Shown one piece after another: positions 25,901-37,900 of a stretch of 64,000 nt of DNA. Under the pieces are notes generated by a model, which was given only the letters and a program-made list of their open reading frames with translations, made no database searches and was not told the origin of the DNA. How positions within the stretch are numbered: the stretch's first letter is position 1; each line of letters begins with the position of its first letter. A program made the translations under genes and the position numbers. Location of the stretch: positions 122,333,741 to 122,397,740 of the forward strand of contig CM041465.1 of assembly GCA_023213395.1 (NCBI GenBank). Direction: 5' to 3'. The stretch comes from Cycas panzhihuaensis. Taxonomy: Eukaryota; Plantae; Cycadophyta.

Positions 25901-28900
25901 ACAATAGAGGATGAAATAAGAAATAACAGATGGCAAATATTACATGAACAACAAGTATTTAGTAAATATATATTTGAGCATACCTTAAATACTGGTTGTA
26001 TTATTCATTAGATTCACAGAGGGTCTGCACTCATCCATAACTCAACTGAGGGCTGACAGCATCTCTAGGGCATGCAATCTTAGTGGCACCATCAAATGAC
26101 ACTAGGCATCAACAGTTCTAGGGATCCACCTTCTTGCACTCCAATAGAATTAGGGTTTTACCACCCAAGCTCGACAGATTTCTCACAACCTCTCACAACC
26201 TGGGTGCTCTGATACCATGTTGGAAATCAACCTCACACAAATAAACTTTGCAAATAGAAAGAACAGAACCAAATGCACCTCTACAGGATCGAACGGTACC
26301 CTTAAGGTACCTCCATTATATTAAGAAAATATCATTACAACAACATTCCCATATGATACACAATATTGTGTATTTATAATACAAGTCATATTGGAAGAGT
26401 AGGACCCACTTACATGTGGGATAAATCAAATGTATATTAATATTCTAACACATATCTTATCTCAAACTGCACCTTCTTAGAGTCTTCCTTCTTTGGTTCT
26501 TTATCCTACTTTAGAGACTTGAACTCCTCTCTAAAGATAATATCATAACTATAAACAACTTTATATGATTTAGGGTCATAAAGCTTATACCTTTTTACTT
26601 CATCTTTATAGCCTATAAAAATATACTTTTGTGCTTTAAAATCAAGCTTCATCCTCTGTAGGTTAAGAATATACACAAAAGTTTCATAACCAAATACTCT
26701 AAGATGACCAAAAGATGGTTTCTTAATAAACCACATTTCTTAAGGCATTTTATTCATCAATGCAATCATTAATAATCTATTTATCAAGTAGCTTGCAATC
26801 ATCACTGCCTTAGCTTAAAATTTCTTCTCTAAACTAGTAACATTGAGTATACTCCTTGATCTCTCTAGTAAAGTTATTTTATGCTTTTAGCAACTCCATT
26901 CTACTATGGTATATAAATCCTCTACCTTCTATTTTATAATATTTATAGAACTACTCAAATTCATTTGAGCAAAACTCATCTCTATTATTTATTCTTAACA
27001 CCTTGACACTCCTATTTAAGAAAGTATAACTATGTATTTCTTAAGAAATTATCAATGAATGAGACAAAATACTTGGACCTACCTAAAGATAATACATCAA
27101 TGGGTCTAAAAACATCATTGTACACTCACTCTAAAATCCCTTTCGCTCTCTTCAAACTAGAAGGAAACCTTATATGATTCTATTTACCATAAATACAATG
27201 CTCATATAAATCTAAATCAAATAAGCTATCAATCTCAGAGATATCTTTAGCTATAACTTTGGAGAGTAAATCACAGAGGCCTTTTTCTCTAATGAGGCCT
27301 AATATCTAACGCCACAACATAGACTTATTACTCAATAATGCTTAGGTATCACATGTATTACTGTTATATTCTGTAATAGCTAAACTACAACTACTAACAC
27401 TCACTATATTAGCATCAAGATTATATAATATTCCATATCAAATCCCTCTTATTAACATTGATAATCCATGAACTATTCTACAACTATTTTTATTAAAAGT
27501 CATTTTGATTTTTACATCATTTAATCGATTGATAGATGATAGGCTCATAACTAAACTATGGATATAACTTACATCAAGGATAGTTTTAAACTTTCCATCT
27601 TTAAATTAGACCTTTACCCTTCCATGACCCACAATTTATATCGGTAATAGTCCCCAAGGTATACTTCACCTCTATTAATACTTTTGCATTCACATAACCA
27701 CTCTTTATGAAGAGTAACCTAAAGCAAGGCACTAGATTCAATTAATCGAGACTCAACATTTGACATCTTATCTGAGGTAGCTAAATAAATATCACCATTA
27801 GCTTTATTAGAGGGCTTTGTCACTATGGAAGAAGTAGCTTTAGGTTACTTTCCCTTATTAATCTTGGCTCTATATTAGCTCTTAATATGGATAGTATTCC
27901 CACATCTCTAACATACCATTGGGCCTCTACCTGGATTTAAATTTTTCTCTAGATTTTAATCATCTATACCTAGGTCTTTATTGGTCACAATCTAATGTGT
28001 GATCTCTTACTACTAATGCCTCTTTTATATGATGTTAAAAAGATTTTCATATTATCTCCTCTAATAGTAAAGTGATAATAACTTTGTCAAACTTTAGGGT
28101 GATAACAATTGCATTATTTATTGTCATTACAAGGTTGTCCTAGGAATCAAGAAGTGAATATAATAGGGTAATTCACTTGTCTTTTTTAGATATTATTATC
28201 CCAACTAAAATAAGTTGGCCTACTATGGTATTATATGTAGTGAGATAATCTACAACCATAGCTCTATCACTCATCTTGAGTGAATATAACTTTTTGTAAA
28301 GAAATAGTTTGTTAACCAAGGACTTTGTCTAATACAAAGACCCTAACTTATTCCATAGATATTTGGATATAGACTCTAAGGAAATATTTAACAACATTAT
28401 ATTTGAAAGGCATGACCTTCTAAAAATGGTTGCCTTTCTATTAAGATTGTTCCAGTTTTCACTAGCCATAGTCACATGCTTTATTCCTGTAATAATGGTC
28501 TGCTAATGCTTCTCAATAAGGATATCTTCCATCTTTAACTTCTATAGCTCAAAGTCCTAGTTATTAAACTTTTTAATCTCTATGCTTGAAGTGTTTTCCA
28601 TAGTCTTGACATATAAGTTTACCAAATAAAACTTCTACATAATAAATGGCTTCCCGTAGAACTAAAACCCTAGCTCTGATACCAAATATAGAGAAAATAA
28701 CTAAGAGGAATAATATAATAATAGAACCTAAAATAATATAAAAAGTAAATAAATAAATCGAAGCATATCAATAGGGAATAACCAGAGATTTAGGTTTAAG
28801 CATTGACTAGTTTATCAGTTAGAGTAACAACTAAAGAATTATAGAGAGATGCCAAATCTATTCTCATCCATACATCCCACATTTTTATATATGTTATTAT

Positions 28901-30659
28901 AAAAGTATATATAGACATAATTTTATAGGATACTACCTCACAGTTTTACAAATACAATAGGCATAAATCATATGTTACAAAACACCCCCATAAGACATCC
29001 AAAAAATTTTCCTAGGGGCTCCTGCCCCCAAACCATTGCTTGGGGGGCTACTAGCCCTTAGGACCCCCCAGTCAAGAGCCTTTATTAGGCCCTTAGACTC
29101 TATAGAGGAGCTAAAATGTAATGACTATACCTATGTAACACTTACAAAGTGTTCAACATATATAACACTTGTACCACCTAATTAAATACATAAACATTTA
29201 AATAAACATGTTGATTACATCATTTATATTAACAATATTTAGCCTTCTATAAATATTTATCCTCTCATATAGACTCTTCTTAATAAATATCAATCTATAT
29301 TTGTCTCCCTTATAGCCACTATTGTGCCAGACTATAAGTTTTACTTAGTAATGAAACCTAAATTACCACATAACCTTATTAGCTTTTAGCCTTATAGAAC
29401 TTCATATTTTCCAAAGAATAAAATTAAGAATATAACAAACAAATTACTAGATATCAACATCATTTAGCCTAGTAAAATCCTATATACTATTCCTATTATC
29501 CTAGTAAGAAAAAAAGATAGATCCTTTAAGCTTTGTGTTAATTATTACAAAATTACTAAAATCACAATAAAAGATAATTTTTATACTCCTGAAATTGATA
29601 GTATACTTGATGAAATATATAGGGTAAAAATATTCTCCAATTAGATCTTCAGTCTACCTATTATAAAATCCCTATTACCTCTGAGGATTGCCCCAAAACT
29701 TCCTTTAACATGTATCATGGGCACTTCAAATTCTAAGTGATGCCTTTTGGTCTCTATAATATCCTGGCAATATTCCAAGCATTAATGAATAAAATCTTTA
29801 GCCCTTATCTATGTAAATTTATAATCATCTTCTTTGTGACATCTTTGTTTATAGTTAGAATTTAAACAATCACCTTTAATATTTAGAGACCATCATACAA
29901 ATCCTTACCTAACACTAATTGTATGCTAAATTGCCTAAATGTGAATTTAACAAAACTAAATTATAACATCTTGGATATATTATTTTATCAAAATGAGTCT
30001 ATATTAATCCATACAAAAATTTTATTATTACCATATGGCCTACTATTGGAATTAATCGTCATCACTCCACTCCCACCTTCCAACCAGGATTGTACACCTC
30101 ATCAATCTTATTTTACACATGTGGGTGCTCAACATGTGTAGGTAAGTTTTGATTTGATTTAAGTTAATTTGAGTTAGTTTCATTTGAGTTAAGTTAGCAT
30201 TATTTTATTGTTAATTTAAATTTTAGGGGTTGAGGAGTTTTCCTCCTCCCCTAAAATTATAAATATTAAGGGGTGTGCAACCCTGGTATCTTTAGCCACC
30301 ACTCTCATTTGGGAAATTTGTAATGCTTACTTCTCACAATGAATTGAATATAAAAGTTCCATGTGTTTATGCTATAACAATGTATTGATGTATTGATCTA
30401 TTGAAGTTTATTCTATGTTCTGCCTTGTTCTCCTTACATATTTTTTCCTTCATTTGGTATCAGAGCAGTCGACTACTGGCCTGTTAGAATTTTTTAAAGA
30501 AGCAAGAAGATTTTAAGGCAGATTTTCTCACAAGTAAAATACTGGTTACATTTATTTTCTGCAAGTTTTTTTCAATAAGTTTCTTCTACTTTTCAGTAGA
30601 TTTGCTTATTATTAAGATATATTTATGCTATAATAAACATACTTAAGATTTCTTTAGAT

Positions 30660-31330
30660 TTTGTGCAGATTTATGAAGGATTTCGACTATAAGCTACTTT
30701 TTTTTAAAGTTATTTTTTCAGATCTGAGTTATATTTTTTAAGATTCGTACATTTTATCACAAATTTGATTATTTTCAAGAATATTTCTGCTTATTTATCT
30801 AATATTTATGCAGATTTGTAAAGGAGATCAGTAACACGCTACATATTATTCAAGTTTTCTTCATATTTGAGATATATTTTTTTAAATCTATAAATTTTTA
30901 TGATAAATTTAACTATTTTTAAGTAGATTTCTATCTATTTATCCTACATTTTTATAGATCTGTGTAGGATTGCAACTGCATACAATATTTACTCAAGTTT
31001 TTTCTCAGATCTGTGCTATATTTCTTCAAGACCTACCTTATATTTCTTAGATCTGCTATACTTATATCAGATCTGTAATATTTAGTTTAAGATTTGTAAT
31101 ATTTATTAAGTTTTCTTTCAGATCTGGCATATAATTTTTAGATCTACTTAGTTTATCAAGTTTTTCAGCATTTTCTATAGATCTATTTATTTCAATAATT
31201 TTTTAAATAATTTCTGGTATATTTGTTGCAGATCTATAACATTTAGTTCAGATCTACTATATTTCATTTCAGATCTGTAAATTTCATCATATATTTGACT
31301 ATATTTTCAAGATTTATTTTTAGATCTGCA
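30660..31330 (+). repeat. Degenerate array of about 12 AGATCT-core motifs in the leader of element A
   Basis: (c/t)agatct near 30720, 30956, 31007, 31049, 31068, 31120, 31140, 31178, 31229, 31249, 31270 and 31321. Confidence 0.7.
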
Positions 31331-32114
31331 AGTTTGTGGTGCATATTCAGTCTAACAAACCATATGTTACAATAGATGTGCCTATATTCGACTTATGTGG
31401 AAGAAAATTTATCTACTAAAGAATGTGTTTGAAAGTTTGAAGAAGTCTATAAATCAACTACATTGCTAGGTTTTTTTAATTTCATTCGCAGATTTAAGCA
31501 TATAAATATATTTTTCTTTTTTTTTATATATCTACTGCAACATATTTGAAAATACTTCATATACAAACATAAATGCATATGTTTTCTTTAATATATCTGA
31601 AATTTTATGGTTCATTTTTGCTCTATTGAATCAACAACAAAAAAAAAAAACTCAACATTCTCCATGTTTTTATTATACAAATATATATATATTTTTTGAA
31701 ATATTTCTTTTCATGGTATACATACTGTATAAAGACCTTTTTTCAACTGAAAATTTTCCTCTTTTCGAAAGACTCATAAAAATAATCTGTAAAAATTTTC
31801 TTTAGATACAAATATATATATACCTATTTTATTAATTTATTTTTCATCTTGTTTTACAAGATCTAGCACATATTTCAGCAAGAGTTCCTCAACTAGAACA
31901 AGAAATTCATATGTGAAAAAGTGACAATAATATACTAGAAAATAACCTTTTTCATTAGCACTTATTTCCATTTCAAAATAGATCTTGAGTTTACATTTGA
32001 AATTGGTAGTTAAGAAGGAAAAAGTTAATCTTGTCCATTTTTGAAGCATAACCTATAATCATTACAATATTAACAAATAGATCTGCATATTCACATCACC
32101 AGTAGAGACAGGTA

Positions 32115-32834
32115 TTAGATCTGCATCTTCACATCGCCAGTTTTCTTTGGTTTTGATCTTATCTGTACATCCTCTTGATCTGTAACACTTAAGCATTGCA
32201 AAGCATCTAACTTTGGGGACATCATTTTCTCTATAGCAGAATCTAAGTATTCAATTTAAAGAAAAGACATCTCCATGCACTTAAAGATAAGAATTTGTCT
32301 AAACTTATAATAGGAGTAAGATCAAAACCTTTACCTTTGCCTTTTGATTTACTCTTTAGGTTAGATAAATAGTCATTCAACTTTGTGCACACGTTTTTTA
32401 AATTGTAAAGACTCTTAGCGAACTACATCAGATGCCCCCATAAGAACATTCTTTGAACACTGAAAATTCATGGTGCTTTGTTTTCAGATGATTCTTCTTT
32501 ATCTCACATACAACAAATCTGGTTTCTGGTATCTCTTCCTTTAATATATACAACACTAAGTGATATTGAGAATGGTGTATTTCCAGAGGTTGTTCTTTAA
32601 ACATTGATATTCCAACTCATCCTTCTACAAACAAAGGCTCCAAAGTAACTAGCTCTGAACCATGATTGTAAACAATCCCTTGAACTTATCAGGGGTGAAA
32701 GCCTATCCAACCATTCAGCATTGGTAAATCCAATCTTCATCTTCTGCCATAATAAGATCATTGCCAAATAGAGGATATCTATCTTCTTTAAGAAATGAAG
32801 GCCTTCCCCAATTGAAAGAACCAAAGAAGCTCAT
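32115..32834 (-). pseudogene. Decayed antisense ORF of unknown identity in the variable slot of element A
   Basis: Starts MSFFGSFNWGRPSFLKEDRYPLFGNDLIMAEDEDWIYQC and continues through TGA/TAG stops and frameshifts (e.g. FAKSLYNLKNVCTKLNDYLSNLKSKSKGKGKGFDLTP; IEYLDSAIEKMMSPKLDALQ). No family recognised. Confidence 0.3.
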
Positions 32835-34547
32835 CTTCTTAGCAAGCTCCAGTTCCTAGATGTACAACACTACACAGTCCTAAACCCCCCTTCAACCCAT
32901 GTTGGGAGTGAGTATACCCAAGTAGGATAAAAGAGCAGATCTCTTTGTTTATATAAAACAGGAAGCTTGCCTATAGTCATTGTAGTTTCTATAAACCCAT
33001 TGAACATACACATTAGTCACAAGACCATTCTCACGTGACTGTAGTTAGGGCCAATAAAAGTTTATAAACTTTCTTTTCTTTTTTCTTTTTTTTATTATTA
33101 TTATTTTTATTTTATATAGGATTACTAGAAAATGTTTGTCATAACTCTTCACTTGATCATTAGTTTCTAACGAAACTAGTTTCATTGCGTTAGAAATTTT
33201 CTGTAGATTGATTTCAACTGGTCATATGACCCATCTGGACTTGATTTGATCCCGTCTCAATCAATTTAAAGTTAATTAGTATTTTTTTTAGCCTTTTTAA
33301 AACTTTTAACAAAATCACTTTTTGAATTGATTATATTTTATTGCCAAAATCTATTTTCTGCCCAGATTTATTCCATAGTGATCTACGTTCAACAAACATC
33401 ATTACCCACCTTTTATTTTATTTTTTAGAATTCATTTTGATTATTATTTTAATTATTAAAAGTGGTACTTTAGTGTTTTTTAGCACTTTTTAAACATTTT
33501 TACATAAAGGTACTTGTTGCCATTTGCACTATGAATTCTTTGTTTTATATCAGAATTTAGTCTCGTTAGTTTCGTTGGGAAGCTGACTCACCTCTCTTTG
33601 ATCTGACATAGTTTTTTATACATTTTAACATATTTTTACTGATCTTCAAATAGATCAAAGTTGAGGTGCTTAATAGCCTAAAATATATTAAGCAGCTCTC
33701 CAAAATATATTTGATCTTTTTTATAGAATTCTATAAAGTTTTATTAGCACTTTTATAAGATTTTGAGCTTCCTACTCCTATTAGGCCTAAAAAGGAGGCA
33801 TATACTTTTGGATCATTAAAATTTAACTTGTAGGAACCCGTTTTCAAAATGGTCAGTTCCATTGGATAGATATTTTATTAATCTTCATAGTGGTCAAGTT
33901 TCATATTCTTCTAACATCGTTTAGTATATTTTTAAAGCATTTGAACTTGAAGTTATCCTCTAAACCTTTCTTTTAAGGAGTATAATACTTTTTTATTTAA
34001 AAGTTTCTTCATATTTTTTATATTTTAAAGTAAAAATACACATATACATTTCAGTTTTAGCATTATATATTATCATCAAGGCTAAGGATTTATTGCATTA
34101 AGAGTTTACATTTATTCATTTGAAGAATCAGAAGGTTAAGGATAATTCTTTTCTTCATCAAAGTTTATTTTACTCTTATATTCATTTTATTTCAAAGTTT
34201 ATTTGAAAGACACACTTATTGAAAAGCCATTTTTATCATTATTAAAGGATCATTTCCAAAGGCATACATATATTGAAAGCATTTATCATTATTAAAAAGT
34301 TTATTTCCTTATTTCACCTATAAAGGTTGCATTTAGTTCATTCATTTTCAAAGGGCATACACTTATTGAAAGGTATTTTTTTATTTCATCCTTGTTTAAA
34401 AGGTCATTTTATTATTTGCATTCACTTTCTAAAGGGTGTTATATTATCTTAAAAGAGTATATTTGACATCACATAAGTTTGTCATTTATTGACTTTTTGA
34501 TTTGGTAAAAGCATACCTTTTATATATTAAAGTTTTTTCTTGATAAA

Positions 34548-34907
34548 ATGACACAATTTTCTATATTCAATGGGCATAATTTTTCATAATGGTATAGGAC
34601 TATACAAGACTATCTTATTAAACATGATCTTTTGAAGTATTTACAACATGAATATGATCTTAGTATTAAAGAAAATTTTAGAAAGGATAATGGAGTTTTA
34701 GGTTTATTATTTTACACTATGAATGATGATGTTTTTTTAAAGGTTTGTGAATTAACAACTTCTAAATCTATTTGGGATGTATTGATTTCTACTTATGGGG
34801 GAGATACCCTCCATGTATTTGATGATATTTTTGATGAGCATGTGAGACAGGTGATAGAACAAGTGAATCATAATGACAACACCCATGAAGATTCAGACCA
34901 AATGTAG
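34548..34907 (+). pseudogene. Truncated copia-type Gag N-terminus of element A
   Basis: MTQFSIFNGHNFS*WYRTIQDYLIKHDLLKYLQHEYDLSIKENFRKDNGVLGLLF...SKSIWDVLISTYGGD, clearly homologous to the element B ORF 44978-45304. Confidence 0.8.
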
Positions 34908-37900
34908 GACCAACTTGCTATACAAGTACCTGATTCTCCATTTGAGAGGGAGAATGAATCATATGATATGATGAAGAATGAATCTTATGATATGATAATT
35001 ATTCACAACATAAAAACTATAAAAGATAAAGTCCAAGTTCAAAGCCTTCTTAATGTTCTAATTGACAAAGTCAAAATTATAGCTATTCATTTACATTTAA
35101 ATTAAGTTTCATCTACTTACAATTTTTTTACATCATTATATAATAAAGAGACATATATGGCTATAAGGATGAGAAGAGTTAATAAACATCAAGTTAAAGA
35201 TCAGAATTTTAAAGTTTTTTTCAAACATAAGTTCCATAAGTTCAAGGAGAAGATACAAGTGTTTGTGATGACCATAAAGGGGAAGAATGTTGGAGTTAAT
35301 CGTCATCACTCCATTCTCACATTCTAACTAGGATTGTACACTTCATCAATCTCATTTTACACATGTGGGTACTTAACATATGTAGGTAAGTTAAGGTAAG
35401 ATTTGATTTGATTTAAGTTAATTTGAGTTAGTTTCATTTGAGTTAAGTTAGTATTATTTTATTATTAATTTAAATTCCATGGATTGAGGAGTTTCCGTCC
35501 TCCCTCAAAAATATAAATATTGAGGGATGTGCAACCCTGGTGTCTTTAGACACCGCCCTCATTTAGAAAATTTGTAATGCTCACTTCTCACAATGGATTG
35601 AATATAGAAGTTTCATATGTTTATGCTACAACAATATATTGATGTATTGATCTATTGAAGTTTATTCTATGTTCTGCCTTATTCTCCTTGCATATTTTTT
35701 CCTTCATTTGGCATCAGAGCTTCTTGGGGCTCCATATTTTTTCCAACACTTACCCCCAAAACCCTTAATTAGCTATAAGATTTATTAGAAGTCATGGGCT
35801 TTTATAGATGGTTTATTCATAATTACACCTCATTAGCAATTCCACTCATAAATTTACTATGTAAAGAGGCATTCTAATGGTCATTAGAGACAAAAAAAGC
35901 CTTTAATAATATTAAAATCATTATGACATCCACCCCTATTCTTACCACCCCAAACTTCTCTTAAGCCTTCTAATTAAAATATGATGCTTTAAGATTTAAT
36001 ATAAGTGTTATTTTTATGCAAATGTTTTACCTAATTATATTTGAGAGTTATGAATTTAAAGATCATGAATGTTGTTTATTGACCTACTAAAAGGAAATGT
36101 GAGTTATTTTGCATGTCATTGATAAGTAGCAATAATACCTTTTGGGATCTTAATTCACGATCTTAACAGACCACCATAGCCTATGTCACCTCTTAAATCG
36201 ATCACTCCTGTTAAAAGAATAAGATAAATGGATTAACTATTTATAAGTTTTTGACTTCTCAACTAAGTATAAAAAAGGCAAAGGAAATACGGTTTTTGAT
36301 ACCCTTTCTTATATTCCCATAGAGTCCCTTATCAATGAACCCCCCACAGAGTCTCCCACTAATGAACCTAATATTCATGACATCTCCAAACCCTAACCAC
36401 TATGGTTAGCATACTTAGCAATAAAAAATCCTTTCCATCCATAATTTAACAAGTGGATATCTAAAGTTCATACCCATAAAGATTGGTATCTCTATAATTC
36501 CTAACTTTTATACTAAAATTAAAATTTTGTTCACCCTTCCCCAGAATTCATTCCCTAAATTTTTATTGAATACCATTCCGCTCCCTTTAATGGTCATTTA
36601 AGTCTTGATAAAACATATAAATAAATTCAATTTGACTTCTTCTAGCCCAACATGAAATCTTCTATCCTCCTATTTATCTCTGAATATGATACTTGCTAAA
36701 GGAATAAGGTTAATACAAAAGCTTAGCCTAAATGTAATATAATTTCAACTTCTTAAGTGGAAGAATGCTCTAGCATGTGGAAACCATCAAAGGGGTTAAG
36801 TATTGATATTAACTATCAAGTTTTGTGCACAAGCTACTAAGCCCTTTAATGATGTATAAGGTCATTAGAGCCACTAATAAGATTATAGAAGAGAGACCCT
36901 CTTTTTTTAATTTAAGGTTTAGAGATTACTTATAAAGTATTATTGATCATTATTTCCTTTTTCAAGAGAAGGTACTTCAATATGTTTTTGGTATTCATTG
37001 TGTGAGCTATTCTATAATATCAACCTTTAAAGTTAATAAAAGTGCTCAATCTATTCTCTTAACTCTTCTTTTATCAAATTCATAAGGATATTCTTAGGAA
37101 GATACACTCCAAGTGGTATTAGAGCAAGGTTTGGTGAACCTATAGAGGCATTTGAGAGATAGAAAAAGGGAACTTTTTTTCCTTTAGTGACACTCATAAC
37201 CCTTCTTCTATACTACTTTCTTTTATTTCCAGTTATTGTAATTTTTATTCGAGGGTAGATTATACTACTTGACAATTACATTTTTTTCTCCCTCCCTCTC
37301 TTTTCCTTGGTAAATAACTCTATTTCGAAGCTACCTAACTTAGATAGGTAGAGAACCTATCCTAAAGGTCTATAAATATCCTAAGGAGATGTCATTCTAG
37401 CCTAAGCATATTATGGCTTTTCCACCCTTGTATGAAGGACTTTAGTTAAGTTTATTGAACTAAGCTTTAGATAGAACTTGGCTATATAATAGAGCCTCTA
37501 TGTATCCTCAGGTATATAGGAGGAGCCCTACAGACTCCTTACCCATCCTAGAATAGGTAAACTTTTAGTTGTTTGTACTCTATGGTGTATAGATTAACCT
37601 AGAAGCTACTCTAGATGAATATCTTTACATAGTTGTAAACCTTACGAGGATAATTTTTTCTTTGTAGGTAGTGCTTTGGGATATTAAGCTAGGATATAGT
37701 AATACAAAAAAAGTTTATCATACGGCCTATAGATCTAAATACTCCCAATTTTAAAGTCTAGTAGGTATCCTTTAATTTAACATCCACCTTGTGTAAAGAA
37801 ATCAAGTCTATTGAATAGTTACTGATCATCTGTTACTTAAAGTGTGAACCTACAAAGTGAAGGCCATAACCTATTCAATATTTACTAGAATTAGTGATCT

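Larger units (their letters stand above)
21583..26450 (-). mobile_element. Element C: non-autonomous gag-only (TR-GAG-like) LTR retrotransposon
   Basis: LTRs 21583-21815 and 26218-26450 (233 bp). PBS reverse complement 26206-26217; PPT reverse complement ctccccctt 21816-21824. TSD catct/catat. No pol recognised. Confidence 0.92.
19360..29167 (-). mobile_element. Full-length decayed Ty1/copia element (contains element C)
   Basis: LTRs 19360-19839 and 28687-29167 (about 480 bp). PBS reverse complement 28673-28684; PPT reverse complement 19840-19850. TSD tttat/cttgt (two transitions). gag start MENTSSIEIKKFN near 28600, integrase ORF 26506-26736 (HLRVFG..KLD.KA.K.IFIGY), RT about 20450-21400, RNaseH about 19900-20400. 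Confidence 0.9.
30044..35748 (+). mobile_element. Element A: non-autonomous gag-only LTR retrotransposon, same family as B, with asymmetric LTRs
   Basis: 5' LTR 30044-30452, PBS 30455-30466, PPT aaaggggaagaa 35276-35287, 3' LTR 35288-35748. TSD cctac/cttac; excision restores the host gypsy WPTPKT frame. Confidence 0.92.
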
